A stretch of 35,874 nucleotides of DNA from a virus (Duplodnaviria > Caudoviricetes): positions 1-35,874 of the IMG/VR virus record IMGVR_UViG_3300020043_001818, one strand, 5' to 3'. Positions 22,899 to 31,879 of the stretch are shown piece by piece; the stretch's first letter is position 1, and every line of letters starts with the position of its first letter. A program made the position numbers and the translations under genes. The notes below the pieces were generated by a model. It saw nothing but the letters and a program-made list of their open reading frames with translations, was not told the origin of the DNA and did no database searches.

Positions 22899-24011
22899 TT
22901 ATAGCTCCGCAGATACAGTAAATGTTTGTCCAGAGGTTTGCATATTTCCAAAATAACCTCTGAATTGAGTTAAACCACTAAAACCACCTACCCAAAAATG
23001 TAGATTAGTTGCATCTGAGTCGCTTCCTGTGAGAGCTACTGCCGATGAATTAGTGGTTGTTGAGCCATCTGATACTTGAAATCCACCGCTAAATGATAAT
23101 GTGGGGACTGCCCTCATAATTACTGGCAATGGTCTGCTACCTTGCACATTAGTAGTACTGTATGCACTTGCAAATGTTAAAAGACTGCCACTTCCACCTT
23201 GTCTGTATACCCAACAATATCTTTGGCAAAGCAATAACTCAGTACCATAAGGTCTGTAATCAAAGCTAGTAGCAGTAGAGCCTTTTTCTAGTTGAACACC
23301 TGTGATGTAGAAGGTTGCTCCGCTAGTGCCGACTACTGAAACTGAACCAGTTGGTGCAATCAGATTACCAGCTTGCCAAGAACCAGCAGTTCCACTAAAA
23401 GTAGAGCCTGAGCCTAAGTTCCATTGAACTTGAATACCTTGACCATTTGTAGTATTCCAAGTACCTGTTGTATCACCAGCAATAGTTACGCTAATTGTTG
23501 TCCAAGTATTTGCTGATGAAATTGTGTAACTAAATGGATAGCTTCTATTTGGGGTATCAACATTTCGCAAAGAACCGCCAAAAGTACCAGTTAAACTAGA
23601 GCGAACTAAAAACGATAAAGTTACTGTTTGAGCGTTAGCTGTTCCCCATGCTAAATCAGCGATATTAAAACCTTCAATTACTTGTGCTAAAAAGAAAGTA
23701 TCGCTACTTGTAACTGAATATGCAGAAGAAGATGTTGCACCAAGATAGTTTGTAAATCCTACTGGTGGAGTTACTGAACCAGCATTTTGTTGTGCAGTAT
23801 ATTTAGATGCCGCAGTAGCGTATCCTTTAAATCTATCAACTAAATAGGTATATGTTCCGCTTGCAGGAGTAACACTAGCACCAGCATTTCTCTGGTCAAT
23901 CATCATTGCACCATTGATGATGCGATTCACCATTCCATATTTAGGAGCAGTATTTTGTGCCGAGGCATCAGCAAATACTAGCCCATTTGTTCCATTTATA
24001 GTTACTGACAT
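22899..24011 (-). CDS. Fibre/receptor-binding module 3 (carbohydrate-binding-like beta-sandwich)
   Basis: [13 protein letters not shown]...DRF...[14 protein letters not shown]...ELLLCQRY. Confidence 0.75.
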   Translation of the reverse strand: MSVTINGTNGLVFADASAQNTAPKYGMVNRIINGAMMIDQRNAGASVTPASGTYTYLVDRFKGYATAASKYTAQQNAGSVTPPVGFTNYLGATSSSAYSVTSSDTFFLAQVIEGFNIADLAWGTANAQTVTLSFLVRSSLTGTFGGSLRNVDTPNRSYPFSYTISSANTWTTISVTIAGDTTGTWNTTNGQGIQVQWNLGSGSTFSGTAGSWQAGNLIAPTGSVSVVGTSGATFYITGVQLEKGSTATSFDYRPYGTELLLCQRYCWVYRQGGSGSLLTFASAYSTTNVQGSRPLPVIMRAVPTLSFSGGFQVSDGSTTTNSSAVALTGSDSDATNLHFWVGGFSGLTQFRGYFGNMQTSGQTFTVSAEL

Positions 24012-24658
24012 ACTTGCTCCTTAAAATACTTCCATTTATAACCACCGCCTGTTTTAGATTTGCCTGTGCAACAACGATGAACACTTGACCTGTTTATGTT
24101 GTTTTCTTTGGCAGCATCAGCAACCGACTTGTAAATTGTTTCAATCCCATTGGCATCTATTTTAACAACTGGGTGCGGTTTTTTGCCACCACCTTCAGGT
24201 CTTTTTCTACCTTTATGAGCAAAACTAGCTCCAATGTTCTTTTTGCCTTTCATAGGGCTTGGTTTGCCCCACATACCATTTAAAGCACCTTTTATTTTGG
24301 CACTTGTGTGTGGTCGTTTTTGACCTATACAAGGGCTTGGTTTTCCGTACCCATGATTAGCTTCACCAACACCAGCACCATCTAAACCATTTTCTTCAAT
24401 CAGGTTAGCCCATTCTTCGGACTTGGCAATATTGTTGTCTTTTGAAAACTTTATTGCTGCTTCTATGCACCTGTCTTTATCGTAATAAACCCCCAAAACA
24501 CCAACTGTTATGTCGTTGCCATGCTTTGCTTTATGTCTTTTCCAATACTTACCGCTACCCTTGTAATACTTTAACCAATGTAACTGAGCAGTCTTGCAAA
24601 AATACTTCAGACCTGTCACATTGTGTTTCATCACAAGAAGTGCAGTTGGAGCAAACAT
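24002..24658 (-). CDS. Free-standing Seg/GIY-YIG-like homing endonuclease
   Basis: H..TGLKYFCKT...YKGSG.YW...WANL; GKPSP repeats; C-terminal YKSVADAA...CCTGK..GGYKWKY. Confidence 0.75.
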   Translation of the reverse strand: MFAPTALLVMKHNVTGLKYFCKTAQLHWLKYYKGSGKYWKRHKAKHGNDITVGVLGVYYDKDRCIEAAIKFSKDNNIAKSEEWANLIEENGLDGAGVGEANHGYGKPSPCIGQKRPHTSAKIKGALNGMWGKPSPMKGKKNIGASFAHKGRKRPEGGGKKPHPVVKIDANGIETIYKSVADAAKENNINRSSVHRCCTGKSKTGGGYKWKYFKEQVCQ

Positions 24659-24816
24659 TAGGCTAATTGCTCCTCTGTTGGTCTAGCTAATGTCGGATGT
24701 TCCCACTTAGCAATGTAATCGCCATTTCCGTCTGAATCATTCTGTAAAGTGATGACAGTTAAAAAGTCATTGTCTGTTAGCTCAGGATATAGAGCCATGA
24801 TTTTGTCGTATAACAT
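24658..24816 (-). CDS. Small XkdW-like fibre-associated protein (52 aa)
   Basis: MLYDKIMALYPEL...LQNDSDGNGDYIAKWEHPTLARPTEEQLA; TAATG coupling at both ends. Confidence 0.7.
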   Translation of the reverse strand: MLYDKIMALYPELTDNDFLTVITLQNDSDGNGDYIAKWEHPTLARPTEEQLA

Positions 24817-25361
24817 TAAGCACTCCTTACCATTGAGCCAGACATAGTTGTAAGAGTTGAGCCACCATCAATTTGTGGTCCAGAACCACCACTTGCCCAT
24901 ACATATAATTCTAAATAATCAGTTGAACCATTCATTGAAATAACAGAAGAAGTTAAAAGTTGTGGATTTACTTGTCCAGATGTAATGCTAATTTGACTTC
25001 TGCAATAAATAGAGCCATTTTTATAAATAGCAACTACTACATTGTTTGGATAAGTGGTTGTAGCTCCAAAAGATGCTTGACCATTTATTTGATAGTACCC
25101 AGCTACAGTTGGGGTAAAACGATAATTTGTAGAAGAATCAAAATTATTGTTAGTGTCAAATACTTCAGTATTTAATTGAATTTTTGTCCAAGTGCTTGCA
25201 GAAAGACTTAAATTTCCGCTTGCATAAGCACTAAAAGCCGGGCCATCAACAGCCATAGTAGCCGTCAAAGCTGGGACAGTAATAGTTACATCACTTGCAG
25301 TATTAGCTGGATTTAATATGACACTACCGCTACTAGCGGTTGTAAGTTTTAATGCACCCAT
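24816..25361 (-). CDS. Fibre/receptor-binding module 2 (C1q/TNF-like domain)
   Basis: PAFSAY...FDTNNNFD...RFTPTVAGYYQIN...IYKNG...DYLELYV. Confidence 0.75.
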   Translation of the reverse strand: MGALKLTTASSGSVILNPANTASDVTITVPALTATMAVDGPAFSAYASGNLSLSASTWTKIQLNTEVFDTNNNFDSSTNYRFTPTVAGYYQINGQASFGATTTYPNNVVVAIYKNGSIYCRSQISITSGQVNPQLLTSSVISMNGSTDYLELYVWASGGSGPQIDGGSTLTTMSGSMVRSA

Positions 25362-25585
25362 TATTTCACCTCAATAGCTTTTAACTCATCAAGCGATGTT
25401 GCTTGGTCAGCTAAGTTAGTAATATCACGAAGTCTTTGCTTTTCGGCAACGATAGCAGTCGTGTCAGCACCTTCTTCAATAGCTCGTTGGAAAGCCACAT
25501 CTTGAGCTTGCAATAAAGGTGTGCGCTCTGCTCTTAGGCGCTCTTTAGTGATGGCTTTAGCTTTGTCTAAATTAACAGTAATCAT
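25361..25585 (-). CDS. Tail fibre assembly chaperone-like protein
   Basis: LRAERTPLL..QDV...EKQRLRDIT; ATGA overlap. Confidence 0.7.
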   Translation of the reverse strand: MITVNLDKAKAITKERLRAERTPLLQAQDVAFQRAIEEGADTTAIVAEKQRLRDITNLADQATSLDELKAIEVK

Positions 25586-25773
25586 TCTTGAAACTCCCAA
25601 GCATTTCTAAAAGTACGGTCTCTAGGGATGTCAGCAACATCTACAATTTTAAATGGCTTGCCTTGCGGTACATCTTTAGCGGCAATTTCTTCAATGGTTA
25701 AACCGCACTCAACGGCTGGAATAATGATAGCTACACCGCCATCATCAGTAGGGTAAATAATTCTTTGGTTCAT
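25582..25773 (-). CDS. Small fibre-associated protein
   Basis: IAAKDVP.G.P..IVD...P.DR.FRNAW; AAGGA RBS. Confidence 0.7.
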   Translation of the reverse strand: MNQRIIYPTDDGGVAIIIPAVECGLTIEEIAAKDVPQGKPFKIVDVADIPRDRTFRNAWEFQE

Positions 25774-25787
25774 ATTAATCCTTTTGA

Positions 25788-26441
25788 TTAGCGGAATACT
25801 GAAACTGTTGCATAAACAGGGTCTAAAAGAGCATCGCCAGCGTTTACAAATTCTGTTCCAGTACCATTAACTGTTGGGCTATACATATAACCCATTCCTG
25901 AACTTGCACCGCTACTACCACCACTACAAACTGCCGCATAATTAGCATCAGGCATAGCATTAGTAAAATTTACAGTAAAGCGACCAATACCATTATCAGT
26001 AATACTAGATACATTACCTGAACCACGAATAGCTACAGTACCAGTACCGTTAAAGTTTACCCATGCACGACATCCGTAAGCAGTAGCTACTGAGCCATAA
26101 CCTGAGTTAAATTGCAAATTACCAGAGGTATCTAATCTCATGCGTGCTGCGTTATTAGAATAAAAGTCTACTGGGTGATTTGTGGTTGTTCCAATAGAAG
26201 CAACACCACCAGTTGAATTGTAAATAATAGTATTTACAGTTCCATCATTAACAGAAATACCAGCATTTGTTGCAGATACAACGCTTAATCTTGTTGTTGG
26301 GCTAGCAGTACCAACACCCACATTGCCTGATGTATCAGTAACTAATGTATTTGATGGTGTTCCGTCAGCAAAAGTAACACCGTCACCTGTATAACCGCCA
26401 CCATTGGTGATTCCAGTCGTTCCGTTTAGAGTAATTGCCAT
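25788..26441 (-). CDS. Fibre/receptor-binding module 1
   Basis: GNVGVGT.SP and RMRLDTSGN shaft repeats; AWVNFNG...NVSSITDNG.G...VNF tip domain. Confidence 0.75.
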   Translation of the reverse strand: MAITLNGTTGITNGGGYTGDGVTFADGTPSNTLVTDTSGNVGVGTASPTTRLSVVSATNAGISVNDGTVNTIIYNSTGGVASIGTTTNHPVDFYSNNAARMRLDTSGNLQFNSGYGSVATAYGCRAWVNFNGTGTVAIRGSGNVSSITDNGIGRFTVNFTNAMPDANYAAVCSGGSSGASSGMGYMYSPTVNGTGTEFVNAGDALLDPVYATVSVFR

Positions 26442-26450
26442 AATATATCC

Positions 26451-27032
26451 TTAAACTATTGACCAGACACTACCGTCTGGAATTGTTACTGTTACACCAT
26501 CATCAATGCTAATTGGGCCAAATGTACCAGCGTTATGTGATGCTGATATTGTATAGTTAGTTGTCACTGTTTGGCCATTTTCAATGAAAATTTGGTCACT
26601 TCCACCACCAGTTGCACCACCACCTAAACCACCCCAAGCAGAACCTGAGTAGCCTTCATAACGAGCAAGTGTTGAGTTGTAGCGAATCATGCCGTTTACA
26701 GGTGAACCATCACGCTCTGCTGTAGTTCCAACAGGTAATTTGACATAGCCTACCGCAGTTACTGTGACATTACCTGTAAATGTAGGTGTTGAGAACTGTG
26801 AGTAATCAACTGCGTCACCAGATACTGTTCCAGAAGCTAGACCTGTAATCTTGTTATTACCCATTGCTAATGGGCCAGTCATTGGTGTTTGGCCATCAGC
26901 AGCTACAGAGCCTGTTAAGGCCGTTGCAATGTCGGTTAATGTGTTGTTAGCCCATGTTGAGCTAATGGTTGTGCCTGTTACAACTGGATTACCAGCTGGT
27001 AGGCTATATACACCACTACCGTTACGACTCAT
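26451..27032 (-). CDS. Proximal tail fibre / adaptor
   Basis: MSRNGSGVYSLP...DGQT N-terminus; LPVGTTAER...GMIRYN segment; C-terminal motif shared with 3819..5825. Confidence 0.75.
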   Translation of the reverse strand: MSRNGSGVYSLPAGNPVVTGTTISSTWANNTLTDIATALTGSVAADGQTPMTGPLAMGNNKITGLASGTVSGDAVDYSQFSTPTFTGNVTVTAVGYVKLPVGTTAERDGSPVNGMIRYNSTLARYEGYSGSAWGGLGGGATGGGSDQIFIENGQTVTTNYTISASHNAGTFGPISIDDGVTVTIPDGSVWSIV

Positions 27033-28852
27033 TATTTTGCTCCCTTGTTAATTTGGTCTGGGAATTCAATAGATTCCTTAACTTGTTTCTTAAGTTCTTT
27101 GGTTTTAATTGCTTTAGATAATGTTTCAGCGCCAATTACTTTAGGCAATGGCAATGTTGAAATAGCATCTAAACCACGAATAATGGCGCTTGAGCTATTA
27201 GAGTAGTTAGCAGCGCCCTTAACAGGAGCGTTGATTAAAATCGTTGTATCTAGCAAATCACGCACTTCTTGAGCGCCTTTTTTGCCAAAAACATAGTCTA
27301 ATTTGCCATCTTGGTCTAATTCTGTAACGATTGCCTTGAATTTAGCTGGTGAAACTACTGGGTTTCCATACACATCAGTATCAATAGACTTTGTAACTTG
27401 GTCTTTAATGTGCTGAATAGTTTGACCTTGCAATTCTTTCCATGCTTGCTGACCATCTGGCCCAGCTTTTTTAAGAACTAAACCAATATTTTGGACATCA
27501 TCTTTTGAACCTTTTAGGATGCTATGTGCAAAAACATCTTCTAAAGCAACTGCTCTATCGGTTGTGTTTGGTTTGTAACGCAACAACTTATCCACAGCAC
27601 CAGCGTTTTCAAAAGTCTTAGCATACTGTTGGCGCATCTTTTTGGCTTCTTGGTACAAGTCACCGCCTTTGCCTTCAGTTGCTTGATTGATGATTTTCTT
27701 CATTTCTACAGCATGAACAGCAGCTGGAGTATTTGGTTCGTAATGCTTGTTAATAAACGAGTAAATGTCCTCTAATTGGTTAATTGGCATTACACCAGAA
27801 CCTTGTGGGTCATTTGCCTTAATTTGCTCATCAACAGCATCAAGAATTGGGGCTAATTTAGCTTTTACAGTTGGTGTTTGCTTATCCAAATATGACTTTA
27901 ATTCACCATATTGGATTGGTTCTTGCATAGCGCCTGATTCTCTAGCGTTTTTGTAAGCTTGTCTTACGGCTTGTTTTGCTTTGTTTGAGCTATCAACTAA
28001 AGCTTTATCAACAATCTTGCCTGTTGCCGTTAAACCATAAGTTTGCTTGCCTGTTGCATCAACAAACTCATCAAAGTTCTTCAAAATGTTGTCATTGCGC
28101 TCTGCTTGGGCTTGAATTAGCTGTTTTCCTACTGTATCAGGGAAGTTTTTAGCTGTTTCAATTTCAAATTGTTGCTGACCTAAATCTCTAGTAGCTTGGC
28201 CTTTGCTTAATTTAACAGGTACACGCAAACCTTGAGCTAGTTGAACTCTTTGATTGGCTTGTGGTACTTCAGCAGCCCCAACGCCAGAGAATACTGAGCG
28301 CTCTTGCTCTCTTAATGCGTCAGCTAACCTATTAACAGCTGGCTTGGCTTTTTCAACAGTTGCAGCAGCAAATGATGGAAGAGGGTTAATTTTGCTAACT
28401 TGTTGTGTTGCTCTAGCAGTTGTTCCCAATGCTGGCATATAAGCTGGTATTTTTGCAGCATCAAAAGCTTTACCAACGCTACCTAAAACATCTTGTGAAA
28501 CAGGTGAAGTTGGTTCATAAGTAAATTCACGAGCTAATTCTGGTCTATCAACACGCTCATTAGTGCCTTGCTGAATATTTTGAATAATACCTTTACCAAC
28601 ACCTAAAAATGGTGCAGCTATTCCAGAAACAACCGTTGCTGGCACTTCATACAAAGCTTTAGCATAATCCAGAGCTTCTCTTGGTTGCTCTTGTGGAATA
28701 GGCATTGGCTTTTCACCACCAACGAATGGCCCTTGAGCTTGATTTTGGTTTTTTGAGCCTAAATAAGCATCAGGGTTGAAACCCATAGCTTCATTAACCA
28801 TTGTTTTATCAAGGGGTTTTGTCTTTAAATATTCTTCTGGATTAAAGGCCAT
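27032..28852 (-). CDS. Putative DNA ejection / internal virion protein
   Basis: 606 aa, helical, A/K/Q-rich; located between the nozzle and the fibre genes. Confidence 0.6.
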   Translation of the reverse strand: MAFNPEEYLKTKPLDKTMVNEAMGFNPDAYLGSKNQNQAQGPFVGGEKPMPIPQEQPREALDYAKALYEVPATVVSGIAAPFLGVGKGIIQNIQQGTNERVDRPELAREFTYEPTSPVSQDVLGSVGKAFDAAKIPAYMPALGTTARATQQVSKINPLPSFAAATVEKAKPAVNRLADALREQERSVFSGVGAAEVPQANQRVQLAQGLRVPVKLSKGQATRDLGQQQFEIETAKNFPDTVGKQLIQAQAERNDNILKNFDEFVDATGKQTYGLTATGKIVDKALVDSSNKAKQAVRQAYKNARESGAMQEPIQYGELKSYLDKQTPTVKAKLAPILDAVDEQIKANDPQGSGVMPINQLEDIYSFINKHYEPNTPAAVHAVEMKKIINQATEGKGGDLYQEAKKMRQQYAKTFENAGAVDKLLRYKPNTTDRAVALEDVFAHSILKGSKDDVQNIGLVLKKAGPDGQQAWKELQGQTIQHIKDQVTKSIDTDVYGNPVVSPAKFKAIVTELDQDGKLDYVFGKKGAQEVRDLLDTTILINAPVKGAANYSNSSSAIIRGLDAISTLPLPKVIGAETLSKAIKTKELKKQVKESIEFPDQINKGAK

Positions 28853-30291
28853 TAGTCAATCCCTAAACTATTTTTGATAGCGTCAGCTTTTGGATGATTT
28901 GGGTTTTTTCTTAACCATTGGAAAGCTTCTTTATCTTTTGGAGATAGTGTTTCCATAAATTGGTCAGGTGCTAATGTTTTAGCGCCAAATCCTCTTGTTC
29001 CGCCAAGTGGGTTTTTAACCTTAACTGCACCACCTAAATCAATCTTATCCCATTCTTCGCTTGGGTAATATTTCTTGTTAAGTGTAATTACAGTATCTAA
29101 AGCAGCTAAACGAGATGAAATAGGTTTATTTGGATTTCCAATGTCACCAGCAGCAGCTCTATAAGATGCAGTATCTTTGTCAGATTGTGGGCCTTCAAAT
29201 CGTGGTACTTGGGCAGTAAGCTTTTCACCCAAAACAACCAATCGAGAATCAGCTGTAGATGCTTTGCCACCACCGCCAAAGAACTCTCTTGCGCCTGTAA
29301 TGATGTTTTCACCACGACCAGAACTAGGAGCATCAGTACTTAATATATCAACAGCTTCTTTAATGACTGGTAAAGCATCTTTAGCGTTTTTGACTTTAGT
29401 CATTGTGTCTGCAGCAGACTTGCCTTGCAATTCACGATTTTGTTTAGGTGATAAGTTAGGGTTATAAACAAACTCGCCTACATTACCAGAAACTAAAGCT
29501 GAAGCTTGTGGTGCGTTTTGAGTAACATTTTGCGGTCTATTTAATACAGGGCTACCTTGACCAGTTGTTTGATAAGTCGGTGCTGAAGGAGCGCCTGATG
29601 GAACTCCACCACCAGAAAAAGGAATTCCCTCGTAAGTTAATCTAGCAGCATCAGCAGCGCTAATAGATGGCTTAGATACACCAATCTCTCTAAATGTCAT
29701 CTCTGGCTGTGGGCTGTTTACATCAACCATGCCAGAAACTGTATCGCCCCTAGCGTTAAGTCTTTCAACTTTTTCCCATTTAGGTTCTTTAAACTCTTGC
29801 TCCATTAACTTAGCAGCCATAGTTTGTGAGAAACCAGAGCGACCAGCCAAAGCTTTAGCAAGTGCATTTTGACGGCTACCAGCAACTGCTGGTGTTGTAA
29901 CTGGTAGAACAGTTCTATCACCCTCATCAGTGACCAATGTTTGACCTTGTGGCAAATTAGCTTCAGTTGTGAACTCTTGTTTAGTAACGCTTGGAGTACC
30001 TTTAAGAGCGCTAAGAATGTCTTGAGCTTCTGTAGACTGTAATGTTCTTAGCTTTTCTGCTAATTCTGCTTGTTTACGGTCAGCTTCATTAGCAAGTTGT
30101 CTGCCTTTGTAAGCGCTGTAAATATTAGCAACACCTTGCCAAGGAGAAGCACCAACATAACGGCCAGAAACCATTTGACCTTGTAAATTGTTTTGTAAGC
30201 CCTGTTGCATAAGCAACTTAGCCATCTCACGCTGGCGTGTAATGTCTTGAACTTCTGGTTCAAATCCAGTAAATGAAGTATTATTCGCCAT
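28852..30291 (-). CDS. Putative DNA ejection / internal virion protein
   Basis: QGQMVSGRYV N-terminal motif, PRFEGPQSDKD motif; gene position. Confidence 0.6.
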   Translation of the reverse strand: MANNTSFTGFEPEVQDITRQREMAKLLMQQGLQNNLQGQMVSGRYVGASPWQGVANIYSAYKGRQLANEADRKQAELAEKLRTLQSTEAQDILSALKGTPSVTKQEFTTEANLPQGQTLVTDEGDRTVLPVTTPAVAGSRQNALAKALAGRSGFSQTMAAKLMEQEFKEPKWEKVERLNARGDTVSGMVDVNSPQPEMTFREIGVSKPSISAADAARLTYEGIPFSGGGVPSGAPSAPTYQTTGQGSPVLNRPQNVTQNAPQASALVSGNVGEFVYNPNLSPKQNRELQGKSAADTMTKVKNAKDALPVIKEAVDILSTDAPSSGRGENIITGAREFFGGGGKASTADSRLVVLGEKLTAQVPRFEGPQSDKDTASYRAAAGDIGNPNKPISSRLAALDTVITLNKKYYPSEEWDKIDLGGAVKVKNPLGGTRGFGAKTLAPDQFMETLSPKDKEAFQWLRKNPNHPKADAIKNSLGID

Positions 30292-30568
30292 AATTACCCC
30301 ATCCATTGTTTCCAGTGTTGTAGTCGCTCCAAGGATTCCAAGAATTAGAACCTAATTGGCTAACCTCAGCTTTTTGCTGTGGTGATAATTGCGTATTACC
30401 CTGACGCAAAGCTTTAGCCATTTGCTGAGGGTTTAAATTATTGCCAGTCAAGGCTGCGTTTGCTAATTCACTGCCATAGGTCATGGCTTGTTGTGCTTGA
30501 GCGGCTTGATTGCCTTGCATCATTGTTGGATTCATACCACTCAACTCAATCATTTTTAAATAATCCAT
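30281..30568 (-). CDS. Small Q/N/A-rich virion-module protein
   Basis: 95 aa, coupled to the upstream stop. Confidence 0.6.
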   Translation of the reverse strand: MDYLKMIELSGMNPTMMQGNQAAQAQQAMTYGSELANAALTGNNLNPQQMAKALRQGNTQLSPQQKAEVSQLGSNSWNPWSDYNTGNNGWGNYGE

Positions 30569-31443
30569 TATGCTCCCCCAGCGCCACCAGATGCGGCAGA
30601 TGAACCCATTTGAAATAATCCGCTAATCATTGCATTTCTTTGTGCGTTTTCAGCGTTAGCGGCTGCGATGTTTGCGTTGCCTGTCATACCAGCAGCGCTT
30701 AAATAATCAGCACCAGTAGTTGTAGCTTGTTGCGGTGCATTAACAAAATAACCACTTGGGCCAGTTACTTGTGAACCAGAACGAACAGCGTTGAGTGTGT
30801 TAATTGGTTCATTACGCATATAAGCTTCTTCGCCAAACTGTTGCTGACGCATACGAGAACCAACATCAAATCCACCAGTAATAGCGCTAGTAAGCTTGTC
30901 GTTTTGTCTAGCATCAAACACTCGTTTAGCGTTCATGTAAGCTTCTGAGCCTACTGGAATACCTTGGTTAGCCATTTGTGCATCAAAAGACTTTTGTTCA
31001 GCAGCAATAGTAGGCTGAAGTCTACGCATAATTGCGTCTTCGTAGTTTTCGCCACCTTTAATGCCAAATTGGGCTAAATTAGAAGTGCTAAATGGCTTAT
31101 CTAGCATTTGACCAACATAACCAAGACCTTTTTCTTGCAACTGGCCTAAGCCTTTAGATGTAGAAATATCGTAGTTGTATAACTCTTGTTGGTCTGGACT
31201 TAATGAAGTCGTAGCAGTCCAAGTTGGATTGCCGTATGGGTCTGTACCTGTAACAGCGTAGTTTAATGAGCCGTAAGGATTGACTTGATTAACACGATTA
31301 GCTGCCGTAGCCATACGAGCAGCATCAATATTCCCTTGAGATGTAGCTTCTGCCGCACCTGTGTAATCAGGTACTGCTGCTTGTGTTGGCTTACCAAACA
31401 AAGCATTTGTTACACCACCTAATAAACCGCCACCACCACCCAT
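30568..31443 (-). CDS. Putative DNA transfer/pilot protein
   Basis: Gly/Ala/Gln-rich, PDY..AA...NRVNQVNPYG; follows the GNAT gene as in other podoviruses. Confidence 0.65.
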   Translation of the reverse strand: MGGGGGLLGGVTNALFGKPTQAAVPDYTGAAEATSQGNIDAARMATAANRVNQVNPYGSLNYAVTGTDPYGNPTWTATTSLSPDQQELYNYDISTSKGLGQLQEKGLGYVGQMLDKPFSTSNLAQFGIKGGENYEDAIMRRLQPTIAAEQKSFDAQMANQGIPVGSEAYMNAKRVFDARQNDKLTSAITGGFDVGSRMRQQQFGEEAYMRNEPINTLNAVRSGSQVTGPSGYFVNAPQQATTTGADYLSAAGMTGNANIAAANAENAQRNAMISGLFQMGSSAASGGAGGA

Positions 31444-31444
31444 G

Positions 31445-31879
31445 TCATTCTCCTAGTTGCTTGCGCAATGAGCATTTAAGATTAAGCCATTTGCAATCTT
31501 CTTTTCTCATCGACATTAAAAGTAAATCCCCATTTTCGTGAGCATCTTCAATTAACGCTTTATCTTGGAAACCAAGGTGTCGGTTTAGTTTTACGGCTTC
31601 GTCATTTGACGCTTCCATAGTCGCTAATATAACCTTTTTTTCCAATTTGTTAAAGGGATAATCGAAACAAGCCCACAATAAATTTCTATCCATCCAGTGT
31701 TCACCAACTGTAGCTATGTGCATCGCACAAGCATTGGGGATAAAGTTAGTAAAAGCTACCACTGCAACCAAGTTATTTTCCTTCATTTGACCTATAAACT
31801 TGGCTTCATCGCCAAATTTCTGACCAAGCATACGCTCAATCCAAGCTTTTAAATAATCTTGATTCTCAGTAGTAATCAA
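31445..31879 (-). CDS. Virion-module GNAT-fold protein
   Basis: FDYPF..L...N..A.KLN.HLGF motif; located between nozzle and ejection genes. Confidence 0.75.
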   Translation of the reverse strand: MITTENQDYLKAWIERMLGQKFGDEAKFIGQMKENNLVAVVAFTNFIPNACAMHIATVGEHWMDRNLLWACFDYPFNKLEKKVILATMEASNDEAVKLNRHLGFQDKALIEDAHENGDLLLMSMRKEDCKWLNLKCSLRKQLGE

